From NCBI RefSeq assembly GCF_009914755.1, contig NC_060937.1: a stretch of DNA of 64,000 bases. One strand, 5' to 3'. The position numbers and the translations under genes are program-made. The stretch is from the human T2T-CHM13v2.0 reference genome, Homo sapiens. Numbering within the stretch: the first letter of the stretch is position 1; each line of letters begins with the position of its first letter. Of this stretch, positions 13,201 through 28,275 are shown piece after piece. The notes under the pieces were generated by a model. It ran no database searches. It was not told where the DNA came from and saw only the letters and a program-made list of their open reading frames with translations.

Positions 13201-14493
13201 TTTCATTTATTGCTAACTGGTAGCAACTTTCAGGTTTCCTCACTGTGAATTATGAATATGAATTATGATGAATTTACTGTATCCTAATGTACCTCATGCA
13301 CTATCTGACAGCCAAAGTCCCCTCTTCCCCCATGACCTCTGAGTTTTTTGGAAACTAGAAAGAAGATACATTTCTGCAGGTGCTTTCAGAAAAAAACGTT
13401 GCCACGATCTAAGGTTACTCTGTGATGTCAAGTCATATTTCATATGTCATACATATTCATATTTATATTCATAATTCAAAATGCACATATTCAATCAAAT
13501 TAACAGGATTGAAAAGGACATTTTCTAAAATTTATACACTAAGTACCTTATATTTTTCTAATGATCACTTTGATAGAGCAAACTTAGAATCTATGGTTTC
13601 AACAAATGAAGAGGCTTATGCAAGAGAAAACCACCACCCAACACAAGATTTTCAATGTGACCATCATTGTTACTTTTCACTAGCAATTATCCAGTTAATA
13701 TACTGTGAACTGCTTTGTGACTATGGTGATTTATTTAAACCTACTGATCCTTTGATTATCACAAAAATATGAATAATACCAATTTTATAAACTTGTTCTA
13801 AAAATTAAATGAGAGAAAAATAATCCTCCTTCTCTATATATTGAAAACCTACAAAATTAGTAACATTGTGTCCAGATTTTTACACACTTACTTTATTGAA
13901 GCCTCATCACAACCCCGTGTTTTAAATTACAGGATTACTCCCAGATTTTTAAACACTTACCTTATGCAAGTCTCATAACAATCCCATCATTTGTAGATGA
14001 GCAAACTGAGGTTCAGACGAGTTAAAAACATATTCACCATCAAATCATAATGAGTGAAGGAACTGGGATTCAAATCCAGTTCTCTCTGACACTAAAGGTG
14101 GTGAAATGTAATGAAGACCAAGTTATATCCAGCACATGGAGGGATCAAAACATGTGGATTCCCTTTCTCTACCCTCTTACATGTTAATCTCAATGGCTTT
14201 CACTGCCTCAGAACAATCCTAAACTCCCTCCCAGGTTGCCTTGCAGAGGATCCCTTCTTTTGGGGACGATTAGGAATCTGCATTTTTGGACCACAGGCAT
14301 CTATAAAGAGTTGTGTTGATCAAGAAATAAAATTGTCTAGGCCATAAGTTACTGTGAATTGTCTAGCTTCTCTGCAAAAAAATAAATGGGCTATTCTCTA
14401 TATTTTTTGTTATTCCATTATTGACAATAGCCTAGAATCAACCTAAGTGTCCAAGAAGACTTGGTTTAACCCTAAGGATTACTAATGTTTTCA

Positions 14494-15030
14494 CTGTGGT
14501 CATTGTGGTAGATTATATTACCATTCTCCCATTATCTGGTCTTCCTGCTGTAGTGGCCCTATCTCCTAGAAGATTATACATTTCTGTCCTATTGAAGGAA
14601 GGGTCAGATTTAGACATGTGACCTGTTTGGCCAGTGAAATGCAGGTAGAAGTGGCATGTGTATCTTTTAAGCAGAAAATTTCCTTTTTCAAGGATCTGGG
14701 AGCCATCTCTTTCAAACGTAATCCTCCAGAAAGATAATACCATATTTCCCAGTCTCCATGAGAGAGTAAGAGCCTAATCTTGCTCCAAGTTGTAAAAATT
14801 ACCTTATATCATAAAGATAAAAGAAAGTTTATCTTTCCTTTGAAAAAAGACAGTTAGCAAAGACAGGTGGCCTATGATCACCCTCTTACCCTCACTTTCA
14901 AAAACTCCATGGCCCTTTGTATCAGGGGAGCTGAGTTCAGACTAGGTCTGGACTCTCTCCAGTATTCCAATAGCTTGAATAATATCTTCCTTACTTATTT
15001 AACTTTTTCCAGTGCAATTTTTTCTTTGAC
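14494..15030 (+). mobile_element. MLT1-like fragment followed by MER4-group ERV1 LTR fragment
   Basis: catgtgacctgtttggccagtgaaatgc; ggagctgagttcagact...tgaataatatcttcctt...ttctttgac. Confidence 0.55.
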
Positions 15031-18000
15031 TCTTTCCTCCCTCTCTAAAACTTACATTGAAATTTTAGTAGGATTCAAGGCAGCCAATCTCGAAGCTTGA
15101 ATATATAAAAGAACCCTTTAAGATTAAAAAACCCATATTATCTTCCATAAGTTATTTCTTCAGACTATTGCCTTATTAAAATTTTCTAGTTCTTATTTTT
15201 GCATTAAAAGGAGAATGATGATTTTTAAATAAGTTCCTACTCACTTTTAATTTCTACTATGACAGTTTTATTACTTTTCATGGCAATAGATTCCTCTGGT
15301 TCAACAAGAAGGGCAGAACAAGGAAGTACAGAAACATCTCAATATATCTCAAAAAGTTATTTAACATGGACAGTGTCATTTAATATCTTTAACATCCCTA
15401 TCAAATGGATGCCATTATTATCCCCCTTTTACAGGATATTAAAACTTACATACTGTAAATAACCAGCTGAAAGTCATATAGCATGGAAAATACAATAAGC
15501 ATACAAAGAAGCAATGGCATTTGAAGTGGAGGAGGGTGAAGGATTAAAAGGCTAAACTTAGTTTGGTTAAGAAAAAAGAAAACTAGAAGGTGGCAAACTC
15601 TTGTTGGAAAGGGGAAGGATTTGGGCACAGCAAGGTAGTGGAGTAGATCTCTCCAGTAATCATACCCCTATGGACACATCTATATGAACAACTATCCACA
15701 TATGAAATTAACTTCACAAGAGCTAATGAACCCTGAATACATGAGTGAGTCAATGAAGCCCCGTTGGACTGCAAAGAGGAGTAAAACCATGCTTGGACAG
15801 TAAGGGAAACAGTACTCTGTGACTGTGATACTCCTCCCCCAGGCCATAATGGTATTATATGCAGAAAGTCCTCCTGAACTCACTGTTCTTACACTGAATA
15901 AAGTGAGCAGAAGTTGAATATTTTTTCCACCATACTGAGTGCCTTCACAGTAGACTCACTCTTGCATCAGCCCACAAGCAGAATCATGAGTGTCAACAGA
16001 GCTGAACCACCAGAGGCATGCTAGGGACATACAGAAGGGATTGCGTTAGCAATACTTACTATATGAAACTTAGCAGTGGCTAGCCATTCCTACCAGAGGA
16101 AATATTATACCAGACAGGTTGTTTATGGGCACCACGCTGTGGGAAACATGATACACAGACTGTCCAGATTTGATGGCCTGACTTGTTCTCCCCCAACAGA
16201 CAGCAGCCTTTCTGTGGATCACCCATGGGCCCATCCAGTTACATTGCATCAGTGGTGAAGCTCCATTGCAAGACTTATGTCTAACCTTTGTTTTGGACAC
16301 CTCCTAATGTTAAAATGGAATATAATGGAAATCCAGACAGAATTTCTAAAGAAGCCCACTGAGAAACAGTCAAAAACAAACCCAGACTGAGAAGATTGAA
16401 ATAAATATTTAATTCATCAATGTGTAGACAGAGATGCACATCTAAAAAAATAAGAATAGCCTAGGAAAAACTGCCTCACCAAATGGAGAAAACAAGGTGT
16501 CAGCAACTGAACCTAAAGACATGCAAATGAATGATGTGGCAGACAAAAAAATTCAAATAGCTGTTTTTTTTAAGAAAAAAAAAATCTCTGAACTTCAACA
16601 AAGTACAGAGAAACAACATGGAAATTTATGAGAAATTCAACAAAGAATTTAAAATAATGGGAAAAAATCAAAAGGAAATCCTGGAGGTAGAAAGTTCAGT
16701 AAACAAACTGAAAAATGCACTAGAGGGCATCCAGAGCAGAACTGATCAAGTAGAAGGAAAAAAACAGTGAGCTCAAAGACAGGCTCTTTGAAAATACACT
16801 GTCAGAGTAGAAAAGAGAAAAAAATGAGAAGAAACAAAGAAAACTTATGAGATCCATGGGACACCATAAAAAAAAACAAATCTACAGTGTTAAAGTGGAA
16901 CTAAGAATGAAAAAGAGTTAGAAGCTTATTCAGAGAAATAACAGACAACTTTTTAAACTTGGAGAAGGATTAAGATGTTTAGGATGGCCAAAGCTCACTA
17001 ATCTGATTTAATCTGAATAAGACAACCACAAGACACTTATAATTAAACTTTCAAACGTCAAAAACAAACAGTAGGTCCTGAAAGCATTAAGAAAAAGGAA
17101 GCGTATAACACATAAGAGAATTCCAATGTGCCTGGCAGCAGACTTCTCAGCAGAAACAATATGGGCCAGGAGAGAGTAGGATAATAGAATCAACTGCTGA
17201 AGAAAAAAACTGTCAACCGTGAATACAGTATCCAGCACAGCTCTCATTTAGAAATGAAGGAGAGGTTAAAACATTCTAAGACAAACAAAAGATGAAGGAA
17301 TTCATTGTAACCATACCTGCCTTAAAAGAAATGTTAAAGAACAGTCTTCAAACTAAAGAAAAGGTCACTAATATGTAATACAAAAAATTGGAAGGTATAA
17401 AACTGCAGGTAAAAATAAATATTCAGACAAATTCAGGATGCTCTAATATAGTAATAATTGAATGTAATCCACTTACATGTTTTTAGTAAGAAGGTTAAAA
17501 TACAAAACAAAAACAATAAAAACTACAATAATTTGTTAAGGGATAAGTGATATAAAAGATGTAAATTAAGACATCAAAAATGCAAAATGTGGGGGAGTGA
17601 CTGAGTTAAAGAGCAGAGTGTTTGCTTTTCCCCATTTCTTATTATCAAAATTAAGTTGTTATCCATTCAAAATTACCTATTGAAACTAAAAAATATTCTT
17701 CACATGTCTCATAGTAACCAAAAGGTAAACACTTTTATTAGATACACTAAAAATAAAAGAACAAGAAACAAAAACACACAGAGAAAATCACTTAACTACA
17801 AAGGAAGACAACAAAGGGACAAAAAGGTACAAAAATTCTAAAATATAACAAGAAAACAGTATATGGCAGTACAAGTCCTTATCTATCAATAATTACCTTG
17901 AATGGAAATAGATTAAACTATCCAGTAAGAAGACAGAGAATGGGTAAATGGATTAAAAACAAGACCTAACTATATTCTTTCTACAAGAGACTCCCAACAC

Positions 18001-19234
18001 CTGTAAATACACACACAAATTGAAAGTGACCAGATGAAAAAATATATTTTATGATAATGGAAACCAAAGAATGCAGAAGTAGTTATATTTATATCAAATA
18101 AAATAGACTTCAAGTAAAAAAAAACAGTAAACACAGACAAACAAGGCCATTATGTAATAATAAAGGGGTCAGTACAACAAGAGAATACAATAATTGTAAT
18201 TATATAATGCACTCAACATTGGAGAACCTAAATATATAAAGCAAACATTAATAGATCTAAAAGGAGAGACAAAAAGCTGTACAATAATAGTAAGAAACCT
18301 CGACATCCGATTTTCAGCAATGAACAGATCATTGAGAGAGAATCTCAACAAAGAAACATTTAAACTGCACTCTAGATCAAAAGAATTTAACAGCTATTTA
18401 CATAACATTTCATCCAACAATTGCATAATTCACTGTCTTTTCACCTGCATATGGAATATTGTGCATGATAGATATGTTAGACCACAAAACAAGTCTTAGC
18501 TAATCAAAAAATCAAATCATATCATGTGTTTTTTTAACCATATGGAATAAAGCTAGAAATAAACAACAGGAGGAACTTCAGAAATTGTGCAAATACATAC
18601 AAATTAAACAACATATCCTTAAACAACCAATGGGTCAATGAAAAAAATTTAATTTTAAAAATATCTGAAGACAAATAAAAATGAAATCAGAACATATGAA
18701 AACTTATGAAATACAGCAAAACAGTCCTTAGAAGGAAGTTTATAGCAATACATTTCTACATCAATAAAGAAGAAAGATAATAAATAAACCATCTAACAAT
18801 GTATTTCAAGGAACTATAAAATCAAGAACAAACTAAGACCCAAATTAGCAAAAGGATATAAATATCAGAGCACAAATATACAAAATGAAGACAAAAATAC
18901 AAATGACTAATTAAATGCAGGAATCTTTTTTGAAAACGTAAAATTGACAAATGTTTTGTCAGACTAAGAAAAAAAGAGAAAATTCACATATAATCAGAGA
19001 TGAAAAAGGATATACTATGATAGACTCTAGATAAATATAAGGAATCATGAGTAAGTACTACAAACAATTATACGCCAATAAATCGAAAAACTTAGAAGAA
19101 ATACATATGCTCTGGACACATATAACCTATCAAAATTGAAGAAAGAAGAAATAGAAAATGTGAACACACCAATGACAAATAATGAGATTGAAGGAGCGAT
19201 TTAGGCTCTCAGTCAAGGAAAATCCAAAAGACTT

Positions 19235-19510
19235 CACACAGTAGCTCACACCTGTAATCTCACAGTTTAGGAGCCCAAGGCAGGAGAATCACTAGAGGCC
19301 AGGAGTTCAAGATTAGCCTGGGCAACACAATGAGACTCCATCTCTAAAAATAAAAATAAAAATTATCCAGGTATAGTGGTGTGTATTTGTACTCAGGAGG
19401 CTGAGGCAGGAGGATCACTTAAGACCAGGTGTTTGAGGCTGCAGTCAGCTATGACTGCACCACTGTATGCCAGCCTCAGTGATAGAGTGAGACCCTGTCT
19501 TTAAAAAAAT
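19235..19510 (+). mobile_element. Alu (J-like) inserted in L1
   Basis: gctcacacctgtaatc...ggaggctgaggcaggaggatcactt. Confidence 0.88.
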
Positions 19511-21747
19511 AGAGGAAGAAAGAAAAGTTCACGACTTGGTGGTTTTCGCTGACAAATTCTACAAAACATTTAAAAAATTTATACAAATTATTTACAAACT
19601 ATTTCAAAAAAATGAAAAGGAGGGAACTCTTCCAAACTCATTCTATGAAGACAGCATTTCCTGATTCCAAAATGAGACAAGAACAGCAAATAAAAGAAAA
19701 CTCCAGGCCAATATCTTTGATAAACATAGATGCAAACATTCAAAACCAGCAGTTCTAGCAATGATATTTCAAAAGCACATTAAAAAGATTATCCACCATA
19801 ATCAAATGGTATTTACCCGGGGTGGTAAGGATAGTCTAATACTTGTAAATCAATAAAATGTGATACATCATATTAAACAATGAAGGATAAAAAACATATA
19901 ATCATTTCAATAGATGCAGAAAAAGCATTTGACAAAATTAAACATCTTTTTATGATCAAACCTTTTAACAAATTAGTTATAAAATAACATAATAAAATAA
20001 AGACCATATGTGATAATCCACAGGCAACATTGTACTGAATGGTGAAAACTTGAAAGCTTTGCCTCTAGGATCTGGAACAAGACAAGAATGTTCACTTTAA
20101 TCACTTTTTTCAACATAGTACTGGAAGTCCTAGTCAGAACAATTAGGTAAGAGAAAGAAATAAAAGGCATCCAAATTGGAAAAAAAAAGTCAAATTGTCC
20201 CTCTTTGAAGATGACATGATCATATATGTATAAAACCCTAAATATGCCACTGAGAATCAGAAATAGTAAATGAATACAATAAGGTTTCAGGATACAAAAG
20301 CAACATAAAAAATCAGTAACATTTCTATACACCAATAGCAGACTAACTGAAAAAGGAATCAAGAAAGTAATCCCATTTAAAATAGCTATTAAGAAAACAA
20401 AATACCTACAAGTAAATTAAGCCACGGAAAGATGAAAATTATTAAACGTTGATAAAAACAATTAAAAAATTAAAATAAATAGAAAGATATCCCATGTTCA
20501 TGGACTAGAAGAATTAACATTGTTGAAATGACCATACTATGCAAATCAATCTATAAATCCAATATAATCTCTATCAAATTTCCAATTTCATTCTTCACAG
20601 ATATAAAAAAAATCTTAAAATTCATGTGAAACTACAAAACACCCCAAATAGCCAAATAAATCTTAAGCAAAAAGAGCAATGCTAGAGGTATTACACTATC
20701 TAATTTCAAAATATATTACAAAACTATCTTAACTAAAACAGCATGGTATTGGCATAAAAACAGGCATGTAGACCAGTGGAACAAAAATAGAGAGCCCAGG
20801 CATAAAACCACATATTTATATGCAACTTATTTTTGACAAAGGTGCAAACATTCAATTGGGAAAAGACAGTCTTTTCAACAAATGGTGCTGGGAAAGTGCA
20901 TATCCACATACAAAAGAATGAAAGTAGACCCCTATCTCTCATCATATACAAAAATCAACTCAAAATAAATTAAATATTTAAATGTAAGACCCCAAACTAT
21001 GAAACTAGTAGAAGAAAACTTAGGTGAAATGTTATATGTCATTGGTCTGGGCAAGGACTTTTTAGAAAAGACATTGAAAGTCATGAACAACAAAAGCAAA
21101 AATAAACAAATGGGATTACACCAAATAAAAACTTCTGTACTGCATAGGAAACAATCACAAGAGTGAAGACACAACCTACAAAATGGGAGAAAATATCTGC
21201 AAACTATTCACTTCATAAGGGGTTAATATCCCAAATTTATAGAAAACCCAAACAACTCAATAGCAAAAATACAAATAATTGGATTAGAAAATAGTCAAGA
21301 CAGCTGAATAGACATTTCTCCAAATAAGACAAAAAAAATCACCAACAGGTATACGAAAAAATGCTCACCATCACTAATAATCAGAGAAATGCAAGTCAAA
21401 TCCACAGTGAGATATCATCTCATCCTGCTTAGAATGCTTTTTATGAAAAAGTCAAAAAATAGCAAATGCTGGCAAGTATGTGAAGGGGAATTTTCATACA
21501 CTGTTGGTGGAAATGTAAATTAGAGCAACTGTTATGGAAAACAATATAACTTCCAAAAACATTAAAAATAGACTTATCACATAATCCAACAATCCCACTA
21601 CTGGGTATATATTCAAAGATTATTAAATCAGTATGTCAAAGAGATTTCTGGACCCTCATGTTAATTACAGCACTATTCACAATAGCCTAGAATCAACCTA
21701 AGTGTCCATCAATGAATGAATGGAGAAAGAAAATGTGGCATATATGC

Positions 21748-22038
21748 TGTATTTGGTCATTCTTGCATAGCTATAAAGAAATACCTGAGATTGGATAATT
21801 TATAAGAAAAGAGACATAATTGGCTCCTGGTTCCATGGGCTGTACAGGGAGCATAATGCCAACATCTGCTTGACTAGTCAGGAAGTTTGGGAAACTCGTT
21901 CACTATCATGAGGATAGCACCAAGCCATGAGGGATCCACCTCCATGACCCAAACACCCCCTACCAGGCCCAATCTCTAACAGTGGGGATTACAATATAAC
22001 ATGAGATATGGGTCAGGACAAATATCCAAACTATATCA
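21748..22038 (-). mobile_element. MST-family solo LTR (internally deleted) inserted in L1 3' region
   Basis: tgtatttggtcattcttgc...ccaaactatatca; flanks tatgc/catgc form an imperfect 5-bp TSD. Confidence 0.85.
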
Positions 22039-23804
22039 CATGCACATTTGGCCATAATAAAGGGTAAAATCATGTCACTTGTGACAACATGAATGAGCAT
22101 AGACGACATTGTGGTAAGTGAAATAAGCTAACCACGGTAAGACAAATATCACATGATCTCATTCTTATGTGAAATCTAAAAACACTGATCTAATAGAGAG
22201 TAGAAGAGTGGTTACCAGACTGGGAAAGATAGGGAGGAGAGGTTTTAACAATGTGTCATGTATCAAAATACCACATTGTACCCCATCAACATGTGAAATT
22301 ATCATGTATCCACTTAATAAAAGAAAAGAAAAAAGAAAATGGAAGAGTTAAGATACTGGGGCACTGGAAGAGATAGAAGAGAAGGTCAGTTGGCAGTAAG
22401 GAAGAGAGAGTCTGAAAGAGCATGTCACAGAGTGGAACATTAAAGTTTATAACATTAGAAATCAATTTTTAAGTTATTGAAAAGTTAAGTTTATAGCCAT
22501 GAAAGTGAGTAGCTCAATTGAAGTGAAAGTAAAAGTCAATGAAAGATTAAATTAGAAAATATATTGCTTGGCATTTAGTAATTACTTCAGAAATATTAAT
22601 AAATCTTAAGAAAATTAAGAACACCAAATCATTCATAGTGGGCCATTATCATAATACGAATTTATGTGGTAATATTTTATTCTTTCCAGTGAAGGGAGTA
22701 ATTCAACAGTCTTGATTACAGGTTAGAAAATGATTTCTCCAGGTGTGACCCACTGACCCCATTCATTGTATTTGAATTGCTTGAGCAATTTGTTTAGGAG
22801 AAAATGGAAAGATTTTAAGATGGACCAACGAAGTTACCACTGAGTGTCTTTAATGGAAATCTCATCCTTGTCTAGAATAACCTGGGTTATCTGTTTCTAT
22901 AGGGTCTCTGTGCCTTTTGTTTTCTTTGTTATTTGCAATTCTGTTAGTTGTAGATTACTGATAGTAATGCAAATATTCTTGTCTATAGACAGGAAAATGA
23001 TTGATTTTGGTGGAAGTATAATTAATTTTCCTTTTTCCACCTTCCATCAAGAAGTCAGTTTTGAACCTATCAAGCAAATTTATTTCAGTGTTCCTTAGTG
23101 CCTAGATATGTGTGGCTCTTAATTTTCCATAAAACTTAGTATAACATCTTACTGGCTCCCTCATTAAATAAATGAGTTAAAATCTTAGACAAGTGTTCAT
23201 TTTATATTTGTAAGTCATAATTTACCCTATTTTAAGCAATTTTCCTTTATCATTCCTAAAAATCCAGATTCCTATGTCCCATGCTAGACCTATTGAATCA
23301 AAATCTCAGGCTGAAGGCACAAGAATTTACATTGTTAGTAAGCTTTTCAAGTGATTTTTAGGCATACTAAATTGTATTAACCTTTACCATTCTAATTCTT
23401 TAAACTGGAATTATTGTATTTATAATTCCATCTTCGTCAAATTAAACTTTTGGTTAACAAAAACGGTAGAAACCCCCTTATTCAATCAGATTGGGACCAG
23501 TAATAAACAGATTAATCACAAATTTAAGTTAGATGGAGGAATCATAAGAAGTATTAGATGTAAGTCCTTAAAACAACTTTAATTTAAAAGACATGTGTAA
23601 ATAAATTTGCCAGAATTTTGATGACAAGGTCAAAGCCTTGCACGGATTCAGAGTGGAGTTTCTTGTGGAAACTATGCCAATGATACGTTGTCATGGATTT
23701 CTTGTTCACTTTCTGAGAAGACAACTGGGGTAAAGCAATCTGAAATCCTAGATTACACAATTTTTCCCATTTGTTTCTAGTTGTCTTGCCAACAGTTAAG
23801 CTGA

Positions 23805-24190
<386 letters not shown>

Positions 24191-24459
24191 ACATAATATT
24201 TAATTAAATCGCATAGCTACAAGAACAAGAACAAATGGTGTAAACATATTTAGGAATCAACACAGCTTCCTCTTAGAAACTATACAATTTCTGTAATGGA
24301 AGGAGAAATGTACAGGCATTAAAAGTAGCTCAAAGGCTTTCAGTTTACAGTGGACATCAGTCAATAAGTTACCAGAAAGTGCTGATTGCAAATCAGTTAA
24401 GTGGAGGTCAGTTAAGGCAGCATCCACTGTATCCTAATTTGAAAAGTGAATGTTCTAAA

Positions 24460-24630
24460 ACTGGGTTCACTTTTGCTATAAAGGACCAGATGATAAATAT
24501 TTTAGGCTTTGCGAACCATACGGTCTCTATAGCAACCATTCAACTCTACCATTGTAGCAGGAAAGCACAAATGATCCATGGATGTGCTCCAATAAAACTT
24601 TATTAAAACAGGCAGCTGGTCTGAGGACCA
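24460..24630. mobile_element. MER58-like hAT MITE
   Basis: aaggaccagatgataaatattttaggctttgcg...caataaaactttatt. Confidence 0.75.
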
Positions 24631-25921
24631 TGTATATATCTTGCTGTTTTCACACAATTTTCTAAGTTAGTAGTTCCCTGCCTTTTTAACAATCAAGGAT
24701 TACTTTTAATCCTCTCTTCTGATTTTATGTTTCAACAGCCTTAAGAAAACCACACAAAATATATTTATTTTGTAATTTTGGGGGGGGTTCTTATTTTACT
24801 AATAAGTAATGAATGATATATAAAGGCTACCTACTAGGTCAGTATGAAATAATCAACATTATTAACTCTAATGACTTAGTTCTGGATAGAAATAAAAAGT
24901 ATTCAACTATATATATATATAACTTAAAACCTGTATAGCTTTTTCTGGTGTAAATATATAACTTTTTGAGATTTTTCAAGTATTGAATACAACATTTGTG
25001 AATCCTCACACCTGGCTCCCTATGATGACATTCAAGAATTCTTAGGATTCTGGGAATCTTAGAATGAAAGTCACTGCTCTGTTGGAATGAATGAATGAAT
25101 GAATAAGAAAGGGAAGGAAGAAGAAACAGCATGTTTACTAAATGTAAATTAATCATCAAGGAACGTTTATTTTATTAATAAATTTGTCAACTTTAGGTTG
25201 CCAAATCTAACAAGATACCAACATGGCATTCATGGTGATCACACCTCTAGTCAAATTTTATTTTAGTTCATTGACTATAGTATTAATATCCTGAAATACT
25301 CAAAAATTCTGTCCTAATTCTGTGAATAATTCACTTATTAATCACCCTATACACTACTTAATGAATGGAATGGTGCTTGGAATAAACATAATTACAGGGC
25401 TAAAAGGGTTTTCTCTAGAGGCAGGTTATAAGATTTTGTTGTCTGACTGGAATAAAACAAAATTAATCAATATTTTCTGCAACCAGTGGCTTTTGACTTA
25501 GTCGTCCATTAATATCTATCAATCACTATAACCTCAGTCCTATTTCCTCCATTCTTCTTTTTGCTATCATCAAAACTTGTCCATTTTTTTTCCTGTTTGA
25601 TCTATATGTTTCTCCTCTTTTCTTTTCATCCAAACAACTGGATATCAACTTAGTACAGATAGTGCAATTGATCCGAACCCTACAGAACTCACTGTTTCCA
25701 TTTACATAACTTACATAACTGTCAAGCTGAAATCATTCTCAAATATTTTAATTCAAAACTTTAATTTCATTTAATCATATTTATTCATTAATTAATTTAT
25801 TTTGAAAATAATTTTAACTTGTATTTTACATTCAGGAGTACATGTGCCAGTTTGTTACATGGGTGTATCTCATAATGCTGAGTTTTGGGGTATGAATGAT
25901 CCCGTCATCCAGATGCTCATT

Positions 25922-26303
25922 TGGTATGGTTTGACTCTGTGTCCCCACCCAAATCTCATGTTGAATTATAATTCCCAATGTAGGGGAAATGACCTGGTGG
26001 GAGGTGATTAGCTCATGAGAGCAGACTTCCCCCTTGCTGTTCTTACATGGTAAGTGAGTTATCATGAGATCTGATGGTTTAAACATATGGTACATCCGCC
26101 CTGGCTCACTTGCTCTCCTGCCGCCATGGTAGAAAGTGCCTTGCTTCCCCCTTCACCTTCTGCCATGATTATAAGTTTCCTGAAGCCTCCCAGCCATGCT
26201 TCCTGTACAGCCTGTGGAACTGTGAGTCAATTAAACCTCTTTTCTTTATAAATTACCCAGTCTCGGGTATTTCTATATAGCAGTGTGAGAACAGATTAAT
26301 ACA
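25922..26303 (+). mobile_element. MSTA-like solo LTR
   Basis: tggtatggtttgactctgtgtccccacccaaatctcatgttgaatt...cagattaataca. Confidence 0.9.
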
Positions 26304-26561
26304 TGAGCATAGTACCCAATAGTTAGTTTGTCAAACCTTGCCTTCCTCCTTCTCCCCTCTAGTAGTCCCAGTGTTTATTCTTTCCATCTTTATGTCCATA
26401 AGTACCCAGTGTTTAGCTCCCACTTATCATTGAGATCATGTGGTATTTCGTTTTGTATTCCTGCATTAATTTACTTAGGATAATGGCCTTCAGCTGCATC
26501 CATGTTGCTTCAAAGGACATGATTTTGTTATTTTTATGGGTGCATAGTATTCCATGGTGTG

Positions 26562-26968
26562 TGAAATCGTTTGGAAGGTGGCCCCTATAAATCTCATGGT
26601 GAAATGTAATCCTCAGGGTTGGAGGTGGGGCCTGGTAGGAGGTGTTTGGGTCATGGGGGTGGATCTCTCATGATCTGATACCGTCCTTGTGATAGCTAAT
26701 TATTTCAAGATCTGGTTGTGTAAGGGTGTGTGGTACTTACCCCCACTCCCAATCTCTCTTGCTCCTGCTCTGGCCATGTGATGAGCCTACTCCCTCTTCA
26801 CCTTCCATCATGAGTAAAAGCTCCCTGGAGACACCACAGGTGCCATCAGATGCTGTCACCATGCTTCCTGTACAGCCTGCAGAGCTATGAGCCAATTAAA
26901 TCTCTTTTCCTTATAAGTTACCCAGTCTCAGGTATTTCTTCATAGCAATGCAAGAATGGCCTAATACT
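26562..26968 (+). mobile_element. MSTB-like solo LTR with GTGTG TSD
   Basis: TSD gtgtg at 26557-26561 and 26969-26973; end caagaatggcctaatac. Confidence 0.9.
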
Positions 26969-28109
26969 GTGTGGATGTACCACATTTTATTGATCAAATC
27001 CACTGTTGATGGGCACCTAGGCTGACTCCATGTCTTTGCTATTGTAATAGTGCTGCGATGAACATGCAAGTGCATATGTCTTTTTGGTAGAATAACTGAC
27101 TTTCTTTGGGTCATATACCAGTAATGGAATTGTTGGCTTGAGAGGTAATTCTATTTTAAATTCTTTGAGAAATTTCCAAACTGCTTTAAACAGTGGCTGA
27201 ACTAATTTATATTCGCACCAATTATGTGTAAATGTTCCCTTTTCTCCACAGCCTCCCAAGATCTGTTGTTTTTCGATTTTTTAATAGTAGCTATTCTGAC
27301 TGGTATAGGATAGTATCTCGTTTTGGTTTTGATTTGCATTTCTCTCATGATTAGTGATGTTAAGCCTAATCTCTGCCACCTGAAAACTGGGAAAATACAG
27401 TGTCACTTGTCAAAATAAATTGTTTTACTTTGCTTTAAAAATAATCAATTGAGTAGTATATTTCTTCCAGCAAAATTAAGAAGTAAACATTTAGAAATGT
27501 ACATTACCTTGCTGTTAAATCTTCGCACAAGTATACCAATCCAACATAAAGGCCATCTTAAACTTTCATTTGAAATGAAAGACAATTTTTAAGAGGTTAA
27601 GGGCTAGTAATTTGTTAAAGTCCTGAAGTTAAATTAGCTCAAGTAAATACAAAGACTTTCCTTTAATTAAAGTCTTTTAAATGAACACTTTAAAGCATAG
27701 TTGGTTTATCCCTCAAATCTTGTCCAAAGCCACTGTTTACAACTCAGTATATCAAAGAAGGTTTCAGACATGATTGTGAAGCTCCCTCAACTTAACAGTG
27801 TGCTATTTGCAACCTTAGATGGCTATCATTCTGGCTTTTCTACCTTTTAGCAACAATAAGCACACCAGTCCCATTTCTCCCGCACCCTGACTTACCCCTC
27901 TTTGCATTTAATAGATAATTTTTCTCAGAGTGTTCTTACACATCTTTAACTGTAAATATGACAAAAGCACACAGTATAGTACATGTGCCACATGTATAAA
28001 TGTTGTATCTAGTCATACAATTTTCCTTTTAAAAAAGAAATATTTTATTTTCAAAAAGCAAAGACTCTAGGAATCTTTTCTAGCTGCCAGTCATAAAAAT
28101 ATAAATTCC

Positions 28110-28275
28110 TGGTTAGATTCCCAAATTTGCCTGACCATAAGAACCACTTGTGGTACTTCTCAAACACATGTATTCTGAGTCCCATCCGTGATCTCCTGAA
28201 TCAGAATCAGCAGGTGAGAGGCCTGGGAATACACATTTTAAACAAATGTCCACAGTGATTACGATTAGTCAAGCT
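28110..28275. mobile_element. MER5-like hAT element
   Basis: ctgaatcagaatc...ggcctgggaat...ttttaaacaa motif. Confidence 0.6.

Larger units (their letters stand above)
10520..14400. repeat. Diverged local direct duplication: copy A ~10520-11845, copy B ~13522-14400 (each includes a MIR-like piece)
   Basis: Shared anchors: ttctaaaatttatacactaagtac (10521/13523), aagagaaaaccacc (11063/13622), caagaaataaaatt (11767/14321). Confidence 0.9.
15580..22340 (+). mobile_element. Near full-length degenerate L1 (L1MA-type)
   Basis: ORF1-like (gcagacttctcagcagaaac), EN/RT-like (ccaaactcattctatga, tttcaatagatgcagaaaaagcatttgacaaaatt), 3' UTR and A-rich tail; many stops and frameshifts. Confidence 0.92.
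25790..27365 (-). mobile_element. L1PA/PB 3' end, antisense, with two nested MST LTRs
   Basis: tttagctcccacttat, ctgcatccatgttgct, gttttgatttgcatttctct. Confidence 0.88.
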
